From Bacillota bacterium (GTDB lineage Bacteria; Bacillota; Clostridia; Oscillospirales; CAG-382), in NCBI GenBank assembly GCA_029550965.1, contig JAKPGJ010000054.1:42181-106180 (forward strand): DNA of 64,000 bases, read 5' to 3'. Under the pieces are notes generated by a model, which saw only the letters and a list, made by a program, of their open reading frames with translations, searched no databases and had not been told where the DNA came from. Of this stretch, positions 19,372 to 29,252 are shown in pieces. Made by a program: the position numbers and the translations under genes. Position 1 is the stretch's first letter, and each line of letters starts with the position of its first letter.

Positions 19372-20643
19372 CTATACTTCTATATACTGCTCTCTCTCGG
19401 CGCCGACAGAGATATACTTAATCGGGCAGCCGACAGATTTTTCGATAAACTCCACGTATTTTCTCGCGTTCTCCGGAAGATCGCTCAGCTTGCGGCAGCC
19501 GGAGATATCGCGCATCCAGCCGTCAAGGTATTCGTAAACCGGCTTCGCTCTATCCAGTTTCGCGCCGATCGGGAACTCCTGCGTTCTGACGCCGTCCACC
19601 TCGTACGCGACGCAAATCGGTATCTTCTCCATATACGAAAGGATATCCAGTTTGGTGAGCGCGATAAAGTCGGCGCCCTGCACCCGGATGCCGTATCTGG
19701 ACGCGACCACATCGAACCCGCCGACCCTTCTCGGTCTGCCGGTCGCGGCGCCGTACTCGCTGCCGGCTTCTCTGAGCTTATCCGCCGCTTCGCCGAAGAG
19801 TTCGCAGGTAAACGGGCCCTCGCCGACGCAGGAAGAATAGGCCTTCATAATGCCGATGACGTTGTCCAGTTTTCTGTTCGGAATTCCGGCTCCGATGGGA
19901 GCGTAGGCGGCGATGGTGTTGGAAGATGACGTAAACGGGTAAATGCCGAAATCGACGTCTCTGAGCGCGCCCAGCTGCGCTTCAAACATAATATTTTTGC
20001 CTTCTTCCGCGGCTTTGTCCAGGTATGCGCCCGTATCGCAGATAAACGGCAAAAGCTGTGTGCCGTATTCAACGATGTGCGCGTACATCTCCTCGGCGGA
20101 AACCGCCTGCGCGCCGTAGCCCTTGCTCAGCGTAAGGTTTTTCCACTCGACGATATCCGCAAGCCGGCTCTTTAAACTCTCCAGCTCAAAGAGATCGCCC
20201 ATGCGAATGCCTTTTTTAAAGTATTTATCCGCGTAAACAGGCGCGATTCCTCTGCGCGTAGAGCCGAACTTCTTTTCCGCAAGCCGTTCTTCCTCCAAAA
20301 TATCCTGGCTTACATGATACGGCATGCAAATAACGGCTCTGTCGCTGATTTTTAGGTTCTCCGGGGTAATCGTGATTCCGCCGGCTCTTAGTCTTTCTAT
20401 TTCACCGACAAGGTGTTTGATGTCAATGACCATACCGTTTCCGAGCACGTTTACGACGCCGTCTCTAAGAATACCGGACGGCATCAGATTCAGGATGAAC
20501 CTGCCCTTCTCGTTTACGACGGTGTGGCCGGCGTTGTTTCCGCCCTGATAGCGGACAACAATGTCATAGTTCGCGGACAAAAGGTCAACCATTCTGCCTT
20601 TGCCCTCGTCGCCCCAGTTAATTCCTGTAATAGCGGTAAGCAT
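19372..20643 (-). CDS. purA: Adenylosuccinate synthetase
   Basis: Motifs: GDEGKG P-loop, YQGGNNAGHTV, TTRRGIGP-like (GSTRRGIAP). ATG at 20643 behind GAAAGGG. The ORF-track start at 20691 is likely too long. Confidence 0.92.
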   Translation of the reverse strand: MLTAITGINWGDEGKGRMVDLLSANYDIVVRYQGGNNAGHTVVNEKGRFILNLMPSGILRDGVVNVLGNGMVIDIKHLVGEIERLRAGGITITPENLKISDRAVICMPYHVSQDILEEERLAEKKFGSTRRGIAPVYADKYFKKGIRMGDLFELESLKSRLADIVEWKNLTLSKGYGAQAVSAEEMYAHIVEYGTQLLPFICDTGAYLDKAAEEGKNIMFEAQLGALRDVDFGIYPFTSSSNTIAAYAPIGAGIPNRKLDNVIGIMKAYSSCVGEGPFTCELFGEAADKLREAGSEYGAATGRPRRVGGFDVVASRYGIRVQGADFIALTKLDILSYMEKIPICVAYEVDGVRTQEFPIGAKLDRAKPVYEYLDGWMRDISGCRKLSDLPENARKYVEFIEKSVGCPIKYISVGAEREQYIEV

Positions 20644-20754
20644 AATAAACCCTTTCTTCCGGTGAAAAGTTTTGCGTAAGCCATAAACCACCGACTAAAT
20701 GGCTTGCCAAAATCAACAAGTTATTATATCAGTTTTATCCCTGTTTGTCAAACT

Positions 20755-21399
20755 TTAAATGCCCTTCTTCAAAAAATCCGGAACCAGTTTGATGTCGTCC
20801 ACGACCGCCGCGCCGGTCGAGAGCAGGTCGGCTCTGGACTGATGCCCGTTCGGTATCAGAATGCAGAAACAGCCGATCGCCTGCGCTGTGTCGAAATCGT
20901 GCAGCGTGTCGCCGATCAGGACGCAGTTTTCGGGATTGATGCGGTTTTCCTTGATAAAACTGACCGCTCGTTCGATTTTCCCCAATACAAGGTTGTCCGA
21001 CGAGCCGAGGATATGGTCGAAGTAGCCGATCACGCCGGTTTTCTCCGCGAACGGGATAATCATCTCGTTGGAGGAGGACGACAGGATAATCTGAACGTAT
21101 CCGGCTTTGTCCAGCTCGTCAAGCACTTTTTGCGCGCCGTCCATCAGCGGAAAGGTATGGATGTTCTGCCGGTAGAAGTAATTGAACTCATACATGATGT
21201 CGTCCATCGTGATGTCGGTAAAATCAAAGAGATGGTCGTAAAACCGCTTAATCGGCGTGTCTATATACGCATAATACTGCTCTTTTGTAATCGGTTCTCT
21301 GCCCCGCTTCGCAAGAATGCAGTTGACCGCCTTCATCGAACAGTCCAAATCGTCAATCAGCGTGCCGTTCCAATCCCAAAATATATGCGTATAACCCAA
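20755..21399 (-). CDS. HAD-superfamily hydrolase (phosphoglycolate phosphatase-like)
   Basis: 214 aa with HAD motif I (DWNGTLID) and motif IV (GDTLHD). TTG start 9 nt after AGGAG. Confidence 0.8.
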   Translation of the reverse strand: MGYTHIFWDWNGTLIDDLDCSMKAVNCILAKRGREPITKEQYYAYIDTPIKRFYDHLFDFTDITMDDIMYEFNYFYRQNIHTFPLMDGAQKVLDELDKAGYVQIILSSSSNEMIIPFAEKTGVIGYFDHILGSSDNLVLGKIERAVSFIKENRINPENCVLIGDTLHDFDTAQAIGCFCILIPNGHQSRADLLSTGAAVVDDIKLVPDFLKKGI

Positions 21400-21414
21400 A
21401 CTTTCACTCCTTCA

Positions 21415-21443
21415 CCAAAAGCGGGCGGAAAAATCCGCCCCGC
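21415..21443 (-). terminator. Rho-independent terminator between glyA and the HAD gene
   Basis: The minus strand reads GCGGGGCGGA-UUUU-UCCGCCCGC followed by UUUUGG, and lies immediately upstream of the HAD RBS. Confidence 0.75.
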
Positions 21444-21499
21444 AGATTCGCTTTTTTGTGTTATGAGCGCACAGCAATCGCTCATAATACTTCTTGCTT

Positions 21500-21644
21500 C
21501 ATCTCTTATCTTTTATCTCTTACCTTTTATCTCTTATCTTTTATCTCTTACCTTTTATCTCTTATCTCTTATCTCTTACCTTTTATCTCTTATCTCTTAT
21601 CTCTTACCTTTTATCTTTTTTATCTCTTACCTTTTACTTCTTCC
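21500..21644 (-). repeat. Tandem heptad array, about 20 x RTAARAG on the sense (minus) strand
   Basis: The plus strand reads a 14-mer ATCTCTTAYCTYTT about 10 times. The sense strand reads GTAAGAG ATAAGAG ATAAAAG and so on. The array starts on the first base after the glyA TAG stop. Confidence 0.95.
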
Positions 21645-22886
21645 CTAATCATTGTATATCGGATGGCTGTCGCACATTTTCTTGACTTCGGAAAGAATGT
21701 ATTCTTTGCTGTTCTCGAAATCCACAACCGCAAGTTTGATCAAGCGCGCGATCTTCACCATATCCTCTTCCTTGAATCCTCTTGAGGTGACGGCGGGCGT
21801 GCCTAACCGCAAGCCGCTGGTGACGAACGGGCTCTGCGGGTCGTTCGGAATGGTGTTTTTGTTCGCGGTGATGTGAACCTCGTCCAGCCTTTTCTCAAGC
21901 TCTTTGCCGGTGATGTTGAAGTTCCGCAAATCCAGCAGCATCAAGTGGTTGTCGGTGCCGCCCGATACCAGTTTGAAGCCCTCCGTGACGAGCGCGTTGG
22001 CGAGCGCCTGCGCGTTCCGGATAATCTGCTTCTGGTACTCCTTGAACTCGTCGGTCAGCGCTTCGCCGAGCGCGACGGCTTTCGCGGCGATGATGTGCAT
22101 CAGCGGACCGCCCTGCGTGCCGGGGAATACGGCCTTGTCGATCTTCGGACCCAGCTCGGCTTTGCATAAAATCAGACCGCCTCTGGGACCTCTGAGGGTT
22201 TTGTGCGTGGTGGTCGTGACAACGTCCGCGTAGGGAACCGGGCTTTCGTGCAGGCCGGCCGCGACCAGACCCGCGATGTGCGCCATATCCACCATCAGGT
22301 ACGCGCCTACTTCGTCCGCGATCTCGCGGCAGCGCTTGAAGTCGATGGCCCTTGAATACGCGCTCGCGCCGACCAGGATCAGTTTCGGCTTGCATTCGCG
22401 CGCGGTCTGAAGCATTTTATCGTAATCAATACGCTGGGTATCGTCGCTAACTCCGTAGGGAACGATGTTGAAGTATTTGCCGGATATGTTAACGGGAGAA
22501 CCGTGCGACAGATGTCCGCCGTGCTGAAGGTTCATCCCCATAACGGTATCGCCCGGATTGAGAAGCGCAAAGAATACGGCAAGGTTTGCCTGTGCTCCGC
22601 TGTGCGGCTGAACGTTTGCGTGCTCCGCGCCAAACAGTTTTTTCGCTCTTTCGATCGCGATGTTTTCAATAATGTCCACATACTGGCATCCGCCGTAATA
22701 CCGCTTGCCGGGGTATCCTTCCGCGTATTTGTTGGTCAGAATGGTTCCTGCGGCAAGAAGCACTGCTTCGGATACGATGTTCTCGCTGGCGATCAGCTCG
22801 ATATTATCGCGTTGACGCTTCAGCTCCAGCTCACAGGCTTCGGCAACTTCCTTGTCGTATTTCTTCAGCTCTTCAATCGATCTCAT
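21645..22886 (-). CDS. glyA: Serine hydroxymethyltransferase
   Basis: 413 aa with the motifs ELIASEN, YYGGC and the PLP-lysine region [14 protein letters not shown]. Confidence 0.95.
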   Translation of the reverse strand: MRSIEELKKYDKEVAEACELELKRQRDNIELIASENIVSEAVLLAAGTILTNKYAEGYPGKRYYGGCQYVDIIENIAIERAKKLFGAEHANVQPHSGAQANLAVFFALLNPGDTVMGMNLQHGGHLSHGSPVNISGKYFNIVPYGVSDDTQRIDYDKMLQTARECKPKLILVGASAYSRAIDFKRCREIADEVGAYLMVDMAHIAGLVAAGLHESPVPYADVVTTTTHKTLRGPRGGLILCKAELGPKIDKAVFPGTQGGPLMHIIAAKAVALGEALTDEFKEYQKQIIRNAQALANALVTEGFKLVSGGTDNHLMLLDLRNFNITGKELEKRLDEVHITANKNTIPNDPQSPFVTSGLRLGTPAVTSRGFKEEDMVKIARLIKLAVVDFENSKEYILSEVKKMCDSHPIYND

Positions 22887-22950
22887 GCTAAGTTTTTCCT
22901 CCAGAATTCAGATGAATTTATTTTACCTGCCTGACACGACAGCAGTTTTT

Positions 22951-24081
22951 CTAATTCGAGAAACTTACATTGATAACCGCAATCTCCGCGCGGGTGCCGA
23001 CCCGTATCGGCGGACCCCATAAGCCGACACCGCTGGTCACGACCACCTGCGTGTCGCCGTAAACGCCATAGCCGTAATCGGTCGTGTAAACCATCTTCGT
23101 AATCAGGTTGGCCGGGAATACCTGCCCCGCGTGCGAGTGTCCGGAAAGCACCAAATCCGCGCCGTTTTCACGCGCTTCCTCAAAGGACTGCGGGCGGTGG
23201 TCCAGCACGATGATCGGTTTTGACTTGTCGAGATCCTTCATAATCTCCGACAATTCTACTCTGCCGTACCGGTCGCCGGTCAGGATGTTGCGGTCGTTTC
23301 TGCCGACAATATAAAAACTGTCGTCAATCAAAACGCTCTCGTCCTTGAGGAGCGTTACGTTGCTTTCGGCAAAAAACGCCTCCAATACGCGCGTATAAAC
23401 ATCATGGTTGCCCAGCACCGAAAAAACCCCATATTTCGACTGTATGCGCGACAAAACCTTTGTGGCTTCGGAAATGTCGAACACCATATCGGTCGACCGG
23501 TCGAATATATCGCCGACAATGCAGACGATATCCGGGTTCTGGGCGTTAATCTTTTCAACCATGTTCTCAAGATGGCCGGAACCGATCTGATACCCCAAAT
23601 GGATATCCGAAACGGCTACGATTTTAAGGCTGCCGACGCCGCTCTGCTTTTTGATTTCGAGTTCATAATCGGTCGCCCGAATTGTAAAGGCGTTGATCAT
23701 GCCGCCGCAAACGATGGCAACCAGCAGTACGCAGATAACGCTGCCCGCAAGAATATGTATCTTCCTGCGCTTCTCGCCCTGCGGCAGCCTTCGCGCAAGA
23801 AACAGGATAAGCCGGATCACTTCCGCGGGGACGAGCAGCATGATTGCGAACATGAAAAAGCTCAAATACACATTCCCGATAACCGTCACGATTTTCGCGA
23901 ACACAGATACCGGAAGATAGGAGTAGATAACGAAACATAATGGAAAAACAGCGTACACCGTAAAAAAAGGCAACTTTTTGATTTTCGGAAAAAACTGCTT
24001 TAGAAATCCGTACAAACGGTGACCGACGTAATAGAAAATCAAAAGAAATAAAGGCAAAAGTATTTTTGGAATGAATCTCAA
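22951..24081 (-). CDS. Membrane-anchored metallophosphoesterase
   Basis: 376 aa with several N-terminal TM segments, then calcineurin-like motifs: VSDIHLG, GDIFD, GNHD, GHSHAGQ. Confidence 0.85.
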   Translation of the reverse strand: MRFIPKILLPLFLLIFYYVGHRLYGFLKQFFPKIKKLPFFTVYAVFPLCFVIYSYLPVSVFAKIVTVIGNVYLSFFMFAIMLLVPAEVIRLILFLARRLPQGEKRRKIHILAGSVICVLLVAIVCGGMINAFTIRATDYELEIKKQSGVGSLKIVAVSDIHLGYQIGSGHLENMVEKINAQNPDIVCIVGDIFDRSTDMVFDISEATKVLSRIQSKYGVFSVLGNHDVYTRVLEAFFAESNVTLLKDESVLIDDSFYIVGRNDRNILTGDRYGRVELSEIMKDLDKSKPIIVLDHRPQSFEEARENGADLVLSGHSHAGQVFPANLITKMVYTTDYGYGVYGDTQVVVTSGVGLWGPPIRVGTRAEIAVINVSFSN

Positions 24082-24142
24082 AATATCCCCTCCGATATCT
24101 GCGGTGTATCGGCGTTATGTTTTCCTTTTATACTTATTCTTA

Positions 24143-25555
24143 TTATTCGTTGTCGTTCTTTAAAATCTGCTTCGCCATGTGAATGCCCATCACAGACGCC
24201 ATCATCAGACCTCTGGTCCAGCCGCTCGAATCGCCGAGACAATGCAAACCCTTAACGCTGGTGTTTAGATTTTTGTCCATCTTGACGCGGTTGCTGTAAA
24301 ATTTCAGCTCCGGCGAATAGAGCAGCGTCTCGTAGCTGGCAAAGCCCGGTACGACGATATCCATCGCTTTTATGAAATTGATGATGTTCGTCATCGCCCG
24401 GTACGGCATCGCCGCGGTAATGTCGCCCGCGACCGCGTCGGGCAATGTCGGTTTTACGTTGGAAAAATTCAGCTCCTTCTGCCAGGTGCGCTTTCCGTCA
24501 AGAATGTCGCCGAAACGCTGCACAAGGATATGTCCGTCGCCAAGCATGTTCGTCAGCTCGCCGACCTTTTGCGCATAGGCGATCGGCTGATTGAAAGGCA
24601 CGCTGAAGTTGTGCGAGCAGAGGATGGCGAGGTTCGTATTCGGGGATTTAATCTCTTTATACGAATGTCCGTTTACAACGGCGAGGTCGTTGTCGTAGTT
24701 CTCCTGCGAAACAAAGCCGCCCGGATTCTGACAGAAGGTGCGCACCTTGTTCTTGAACGGCTTCGGGTATCCGACCAGCTTGGACTCATAGAGCACGTCG
24801 TTGATATACTCCATGACCTCGTTTCTGACCTCGACGCGCACGCCGATATCGACGGTTCCCGGCTGATGGAAAATGTTGTGCAGAGAGCAGATGTGCTCCA
24901 GCCACTCCGCGCCCCTTCTGCCGGTCGCAACCACGATACTCTTTCCGTAAATCGGGATTTCGACGTCCGGGTGCTTGACGTCGTGGGTGATGACGCCGAC
25001 GCACACTTCGTTTTCGATAATCAGATTGCTGCATTCGCGCTCGAATACCAGCTCGACCCCGTTGTCCGCAAGATAATTCTGTATCGAAAGATACAAATCA
25101 TGCGCTTTTTCGGTTCCAAGATGGCGTATCGGGCAGTCAACGAGCTTCAGCCCCGCCTGAATCGCCTTCGCGCGGATGACGCGGACCTTCTCCTCGTTGC
25201 CGACGCCCTCGACGCGCTCGTCCGCGCCGAACTCAAGATAAATCTTGTCGGTGTAGTTGATAAGCTCCTGCGCGTAATCCGCGCCGATCAGCTCGGGCAG
25301 CTCTCCGCCGACCTCGTAGCTGAGCGAGAGCTTGCCGTCCGAGAACGCGCCGGCGCCGGAAAATCCGGTCGTGATATGGCAGAACGGCTTGCAGTTTACG
25401 CACTTTCCGACCTGCGACTTCGGGCACCTGCGCTTGCCGAGCGGCTGCCCTTTTTCGATGATAATGATTTTTTTATTACTTTTTTGACGCACCAGCTCCA
25501 GCGCGGTGAATATGCCCGCCGGGCCTGCTCCTACTATAACAACATCGTATTTCAT
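24143..25555 (-). CDS. FAD-dependent oxidoreductase (COG2509-type)
   Basis: 470 aa with an N-terminal dinucleotide-binding motif (YDVVIVGAGPAGIFTALEL). Confidence 0.75.
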   Translation of the reverse strand: MKYDVVIVGAGPAGIFTALELVRQKSNKKIIIIEKGQPLGKRRCPKSQVGKCVNCKPFCHITTGFSGAGAFSDGKLSLSYEVGGELPELIGADYAQELINYTDKIYLEFGADERVEGVGNEEKVRVIRAKAIQAGLKLVDCPIRHLGTEKAHDLYLSIQNYLADNGVELVFERECSNLIIENEVCVGVITHDVKHPDVEIPIYGKSIVVATGRRGAEWLEHICSLHNIFHQPGTVDIGVRVEVRNEVMEYINDVLYESKLVGYPKPFKNKVRTFCQNPGGFVSQENYDNDLAVVNGHSYKEIKSPNTNLAILCSHNFSVPFNQPIAYAQKVGELTNMLGDGHILVQRFGDILDGKRTWQKELNFSNVKPTLPDAVAGDITAAMPYRAMTNIINFIKAMDIVVPGFASYETLLYSPELKFYSNRVKMDKNLNTSVKGLHCLGDSSGWTRGLMMASVMGIHMAKQILKNDNE

Positions 25556-25568
25556 TGCCGTTCCCTGA

Positions 25569-26471
25569 TTAATTCCAAAGATTGCGCGGATATTCTCCGC
25601 TTTCGATTAATTCGCGAATATAATTCGCGACCAGCGGCTTGTCCGCCTGATACGTGACGCCGATCCACTTCGCCGACGTGTTGATAATCCGCACGCTTGC
25701 CTTCTTGCCGGTAATCATTTCGCCCACCGCGGGCGCGAGCAGATACTCGTCGTTCATCAGGTCGGTTTCCGGGTCGCTTAAAAATCTGCAAAATCCTTCT
25801 TCCAGCAGTTTAAACACCGTAGGCGTAAAGCCCCAGAAGTTCATCGAGGCGATGGAATCCTCGTCGATTTCGTGCCAGTTGTCGTATTTGTCCGCGTACT
25901 TGGCGACGCCGTCGATGCGCATAATCTTCTTGCGCTCGACGATATGTTCGAGATAGCCGTTCTTGTCCGCCTTGCAGATGCCTCTGGCGACATGGCCGTG
26001 CGCTGAAAGCGTGTTTTTAAGAACGTATCCGGGCATACAGTAGTTGTACTGCTCGTCCTCTTTGAGCATGGAGAGGTAGTCGAAAACCACCTTGTATGCG
26101 TCCCAGCCGTAAAAATCGTCGGCGTTGATGACGATAAACTTCTCTTTGACGATGTCGCGGCAGGCAAGCACCGCGTGCGACGTGCCCCACGGTTTTACCC
26201 GCTCCGCGGGCGCTTTGCCGAAAGGAATGTCCTCTTTGCGCTGAAACGCGTAGTCCACCTGTATTTTGCCCTCGATTCGTTTGCCTACGGTTTCTCTGAA
26301 AATATCATAGTTTTCTTCCTTGATGATAAAAACAACACGATTGCAGCCAGCTCTGATCGCGTCGTAGATCGAATAATCGATGATAAACTCTCCGTTCGGT
26401 CCGATTGGATCAATCTGCTTGAGCCCGCCGTAGCGGTGACCCATGCCTGCTGCCATGATTACAAGTGTCAT
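25569..26471 (-). CDS. Sugar-phosphate nucleotidyltransferase family protein
   Basis: 300 aa with an N-terminal GxGxR-type signature (VIMAAGMGHRYGG) and the INADDFYG motif. Confidence 0.65.
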   Translation of the reverse strand: MTLVIMAAGMGHRYGGLKQIDPIGPNGEFIIDYSIYDAIRAGCNRVVFIIKEENYDIFRETVGKRIEGKIQVDYAFQRKEDIPFGKAPAERVKPWGTSHAVLACRDIVKEKFIVINADDFYGWDAYKVVFDYLSMLKEDEQYNYCMPGYVLKNTLSAHGHVARGICKADKNGYLEHIVERKKIMRIDGVAKYADKYDNWHEIDEDSIASMNFWGFTPTVFKLLEEGFCRFLSDPETDLMNDEYLLAPAVGEMITGKKASVRIINTSAKWIGVTYQADKPLVANYIRELIESGEYPRNLWN

Positions 26472-26532
26472 GATGAAAGCCTTTCTTTTTTCTTACCGGA
26501 ACAGCCCTTTACAGGACCGTTTTTCTCCGGTT

Positions 26533-27018
26533 TTAATTAAACTTTAATAGAATGCTGTCTCTGGACGTTTCCAGTTTGCGGTAAACAACGCCCGCCGTGT
26601 CCAGCATTTTTTTCGAAGCGACGTTGCTGTCGGTGCCGCAATACTTGTCCGACAGATAGACAACTTCTTTGATGCCCGCCTGAATAATCGCTTTCGCGCA
26701 TTCATTGCAGGGGAAAAGCGCGACATAAATCCGGGCACCCTTCAGAGAGCGTCCGCCGGAGTTTAAAATCGCGTTCAGTTCCGCGTGAACCACAAACGGA
26801 TACTTCGTGCAGTTTACGTTTTTGCCCTCGCGGTCCCACGGGAACTCGTCGTCGCTGCACCCTTTCGGAAAACCGTTATAGCCGGTGGAAATGATGATGT
26901 TGTCCTCGCTGACAATGCAGGCGCCGACCTGCGTGTTCGGGTCTTTGCTTCTCATCGCTGCGAGCAGAGAAATGCCCATGAAATATTCGTCCCAGGTAAT
27001 ATAGTCTGTTCGCTTCAT
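26533..27018 (-). CDS. Deoxycytidylate (dCMP) deaminase, ComEB type
   Basis: 161 aa with zinc-binding motifs HAELNAI and PCNECAKAI. Confidence 0.88.
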   Translation of the reverse strand: MKRTDYITWDEYFMGISLLAAMRSKDPNTQVGACIVSEDNIIISTGYNGFPKGCSDDEFPWDREGKNVNCTKYPFVVHAELNAILNSGGRSLKGARIYVALFPCNECAKAIIQAGIKEVVYLSDKYCGTDSNVASKKMLDTAGVVYRKLETSRDSILLKFN

Positions 27019-27177
27019 TCAAATATGTTTCCTTTCGCGCGCCATAGGCGCTTGCATTTCGCTTTACGATCGGTTTGCAATATGTCTTCTTTTTTCAAAC
27101 CAAATAAGATTTTAACATAAACAGCCGCAAAAAGCAAGTTAAAAAACCGGCGCGGTTTTGAACAATACTTTTCAAAA

Positions 27178-27879
27178 CTATATAAAGAATTTCTTCGCCA
27201 GTCTCTCCCGCAGCGGCTTGTTGCACTGAATGTAAATCAACGCGCCGCCGAAAATGCAGAGCGTGACCAGCGGGTACAGCGACCACGCAAGGTAGTCCCT
27301 AACCTGAAACGCTGTATTGATCATTACTTCGAGAAAAATACAAAAAACACCGACGAAAATAAAAATTAGAGCGGTTACAATCAGGCCCGGTATTTTTGTG
27401 TATAAAGCCAAAAAGGTTATCAGCGCCGTCGCCGCGGTCAGGAACAGGGTTACCGGCAGGGCGAATTTCAAAAACCAGCCGCCGCCCGTTACCTGTTCGA
27501 TAAAGTACAGGAACGCGAGCACGCCGAGCCCGTCCACCGACAGCGCCACGACCGGATTCATTTTCAAAGCGATCGGCAAAACGGCGAAAATATACAGCAA
27601 AGCAAAAGAGCCGATCACATAGCCCGACCAGACCATGGTGCGGTTTATACTCAGGTCGCAGACGACGCACAAAGCGACCGGCAGCAAAAATAAAATGGTC
27701 AGAATACTGACAATGCCGTTTTTGCTCGCCTTCGGCGCGTTTTGCGGGTCCCGCGGCGGATACAGCGGTTTTGCATCGTTTTTCAAAGCCGCGTTCGGGT
27801 GATAAACCTCCGTATGGCACAGCGGGCATTTTTTCTCCGTATCGGCAAGCTCGACGCCGCAGTTTACACAATAGGGCAT
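27178..27879 (-). CDS. Zinc-ribbon polytopic membrane protein (hypothetical)
   Basis: 233 aa. The N-terminal CxxC...CPLC zinc ribbon (YCVNCG...KCPLCH) is followed by about 5 TM segments. Confidence 0.7.
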   Translation of the reverse strand: MPYCVNCGVELADTEKKCPLCHTEVYHPNAALKNDAKPLYPPRDPQNAPKASKNGIVSILTILFLLPVALCVVCDLSINRTMVWSGYVIGSFALLYIFAVLPIALKMNPVVALSVDGLGVLAFLYFIEQVTGGGWFLKFALPVTLFLTAATALITFLALYTKIPGLIVTALIFIFVGVFCIFLEVMINTAFQVRDYLAWSLYPLVTLCIFGGALIYIQCNKPLRERLAKKFFI

Positions 27880-27914
27880 ATGATGCGCTTCCTTTCTGCA
27901 AAATGGCGTAAACG

Positions 27915-29246
27915 TTATTGATAAGCGCTTAGATTGCTTTCAATTTTCGCGGTAATCCCCAGCTTTTTTAAGCGGGTGAAGAATTTCTGCTCTAATACCG
28001 GTTCTTCGATGTTCCGGATAAAATTGATATACAGCTTGTCGTTGTACGACAAAACGCCGCAGGTGCAGGGCGTCGTTTTCTGCACGCCCAAAATAAAGTC
28101 GAACCGCTCGACGTACGCGCGCATCTCCTCCGGGAGTCTGACCGCGCCGAGATTGGAGAGCGTAATGCAGGCTTTGCGCTCGCCGAACAGGTTGTAGGCG
28201 ATTTTCATCGCGAAATTTTTAATAAAAAGCGGCATTACTTTCAATACCGGGTTCTTCTCCGTTTTTACGTTGGAGGTGATTTTGGTGTTTAGGTTCTTTT
28301 TGGTCAGTTCGTATCCCATTTGGTGGTGAACCGCTTTTAGTATTTCCTCAAAAGAATATTCTCCCATGCGCGGGTCGATCCCCGGCGTGACGTACAGCGC
28401 AAAATTCCGAAGCGTGGCGCTCTCGAAGAAATTGCGCAGGTTGACGGGTATGAGTATTTTAACCGGTTTCTGCTTTTTTCTTACCGGCACGCGCTCGTTT
28501 TGAATCTCCGCGATCGCGGCGATCATCACCGAGGCGAGGAACACGGTCAGGGTCACGCCGTACGATTTCGCTTTCGCCAGCACTTCGCCGACGTCCAAAA
28601 TCCCGCAGGTCAGGTGCAGAAAGCCGTGCTTCTCCCGCGTTCCCGTAAGACGGTACGCGGTTGTTTCTCTGCGGCTGCCGCTGACCTCTCCCTGATATTT
28701 CAAAAAACTGTCCTCCAGTTCTTCGGGCGCCGGCTCCTGCGCGCGGTCCAGCACGCCGTCGATGTTGGAAATGGCCGCGCCGTGCTTCTGGGTGAGGTAC
28801 TCCGCAACCAGCGATTTTAAAAAGACCAGCCCGCCGTTGCCGTCCGTCAGCGCGTGGAAAAACTCGGCCGCGATTCTATTTTCATAATACAGAATACGGA
28901 ACGCGCACTTGCGTATCTGCGGAAAATACATGCCGGCGCAGGGATACGCCACGTCCTTTTTTACTTTCGGCGCCTTGGCTTCCTCCAGATAATACCAGAA
29001 CAAGCCCCGCCGGATTCCGGCGACAATCGACGGAAAGCGCTTCGCCGTCACCGCGAGCGCCGACTGCAGCACTTCCGGATCGACCGGCTCGTTGAGCGTC
29101 GCCGAAACGCGGAAAAGATTGCTCCAGTTTTTGCGCTTTGCCGCCGGATAAATTTTCGCAGCGTTGTCCAGCCGCATCCACCTTGGTCTGTGCTGTTCCA
29201 CTTTGTTTCCACCCTGTTTTATTGTATGCAGCGTTAGTTTTTTCAT
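27915..29246 (-). CDS. Condensation/acyltransferase-superfamily protein with an HxxxDG motif
   Basis: Active-site type motif FHALTDGNGG. The start is ambiguous: ATG 29246 (MKKLTL) lies 7 nt after a -10 box, GTG 29201 lies behind GGTGGA, and the ORF-track start 29276 lies inside the predicted promoter. Confidence 0.7.
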   Translation of the reverse strand: MKKLTLHTIKQGGNKVEQHRPRWMRLDNAAKIYPAAKRKNWSNLFRVSATLNEPVDPEVLQSALAVTAKRFPSIVAGIRRGLFWYYLEEAKAPKVKKDVAYPCAGMYFPQIRKCAFRILYYENRIAAEFFHALTDGNGGLVFLKSLVAEYLTQKHGAAISNIDGVLDRAQEPAPEELEDSFLKYQGEVSGSRRETTAYRLTGTREKHGFLHLTCGILDVGEVLAKAKSYGVTLTVFLASVMIAAIAEIQNERVPVRKKQKPVKILIPVNLRNFFESATLRNFALYVTPGIDPRMGEYSFEEILKAVHHQMGYELTKKNLNTKITSNVKTEKNPVLKVMPLFIKNFAMKIAYNLFGERKACITLSNLGAVRLPEEMRAYVERFDFILGVQKTTPCTCGVLSYNDKLYINFIRNIEEPVLEQKFFTRLKKLGITAKIESNLSAYQ

Positions 29247-29252
29247 ATAAAA

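Noticed and set aside
21500-21644. Could the short tandem repeats be a CRISPR array?
   Set aside because: The units are 7/14 nt and directly abut one another with no unique spacers. There are no cas genes in the window.
20704-21785. Plus-strand ORFs (20704..21648, 21456..21785, 21494..21685) encode Leu/Ser/Tyr-rich repeats (LLSLTFYLLSLISYLL...).
   Set aside because: They are translation artefacts of reading the heptad tandem repeat on the antisense strand. They overlap the HAD and glyA genes and have no RBS.
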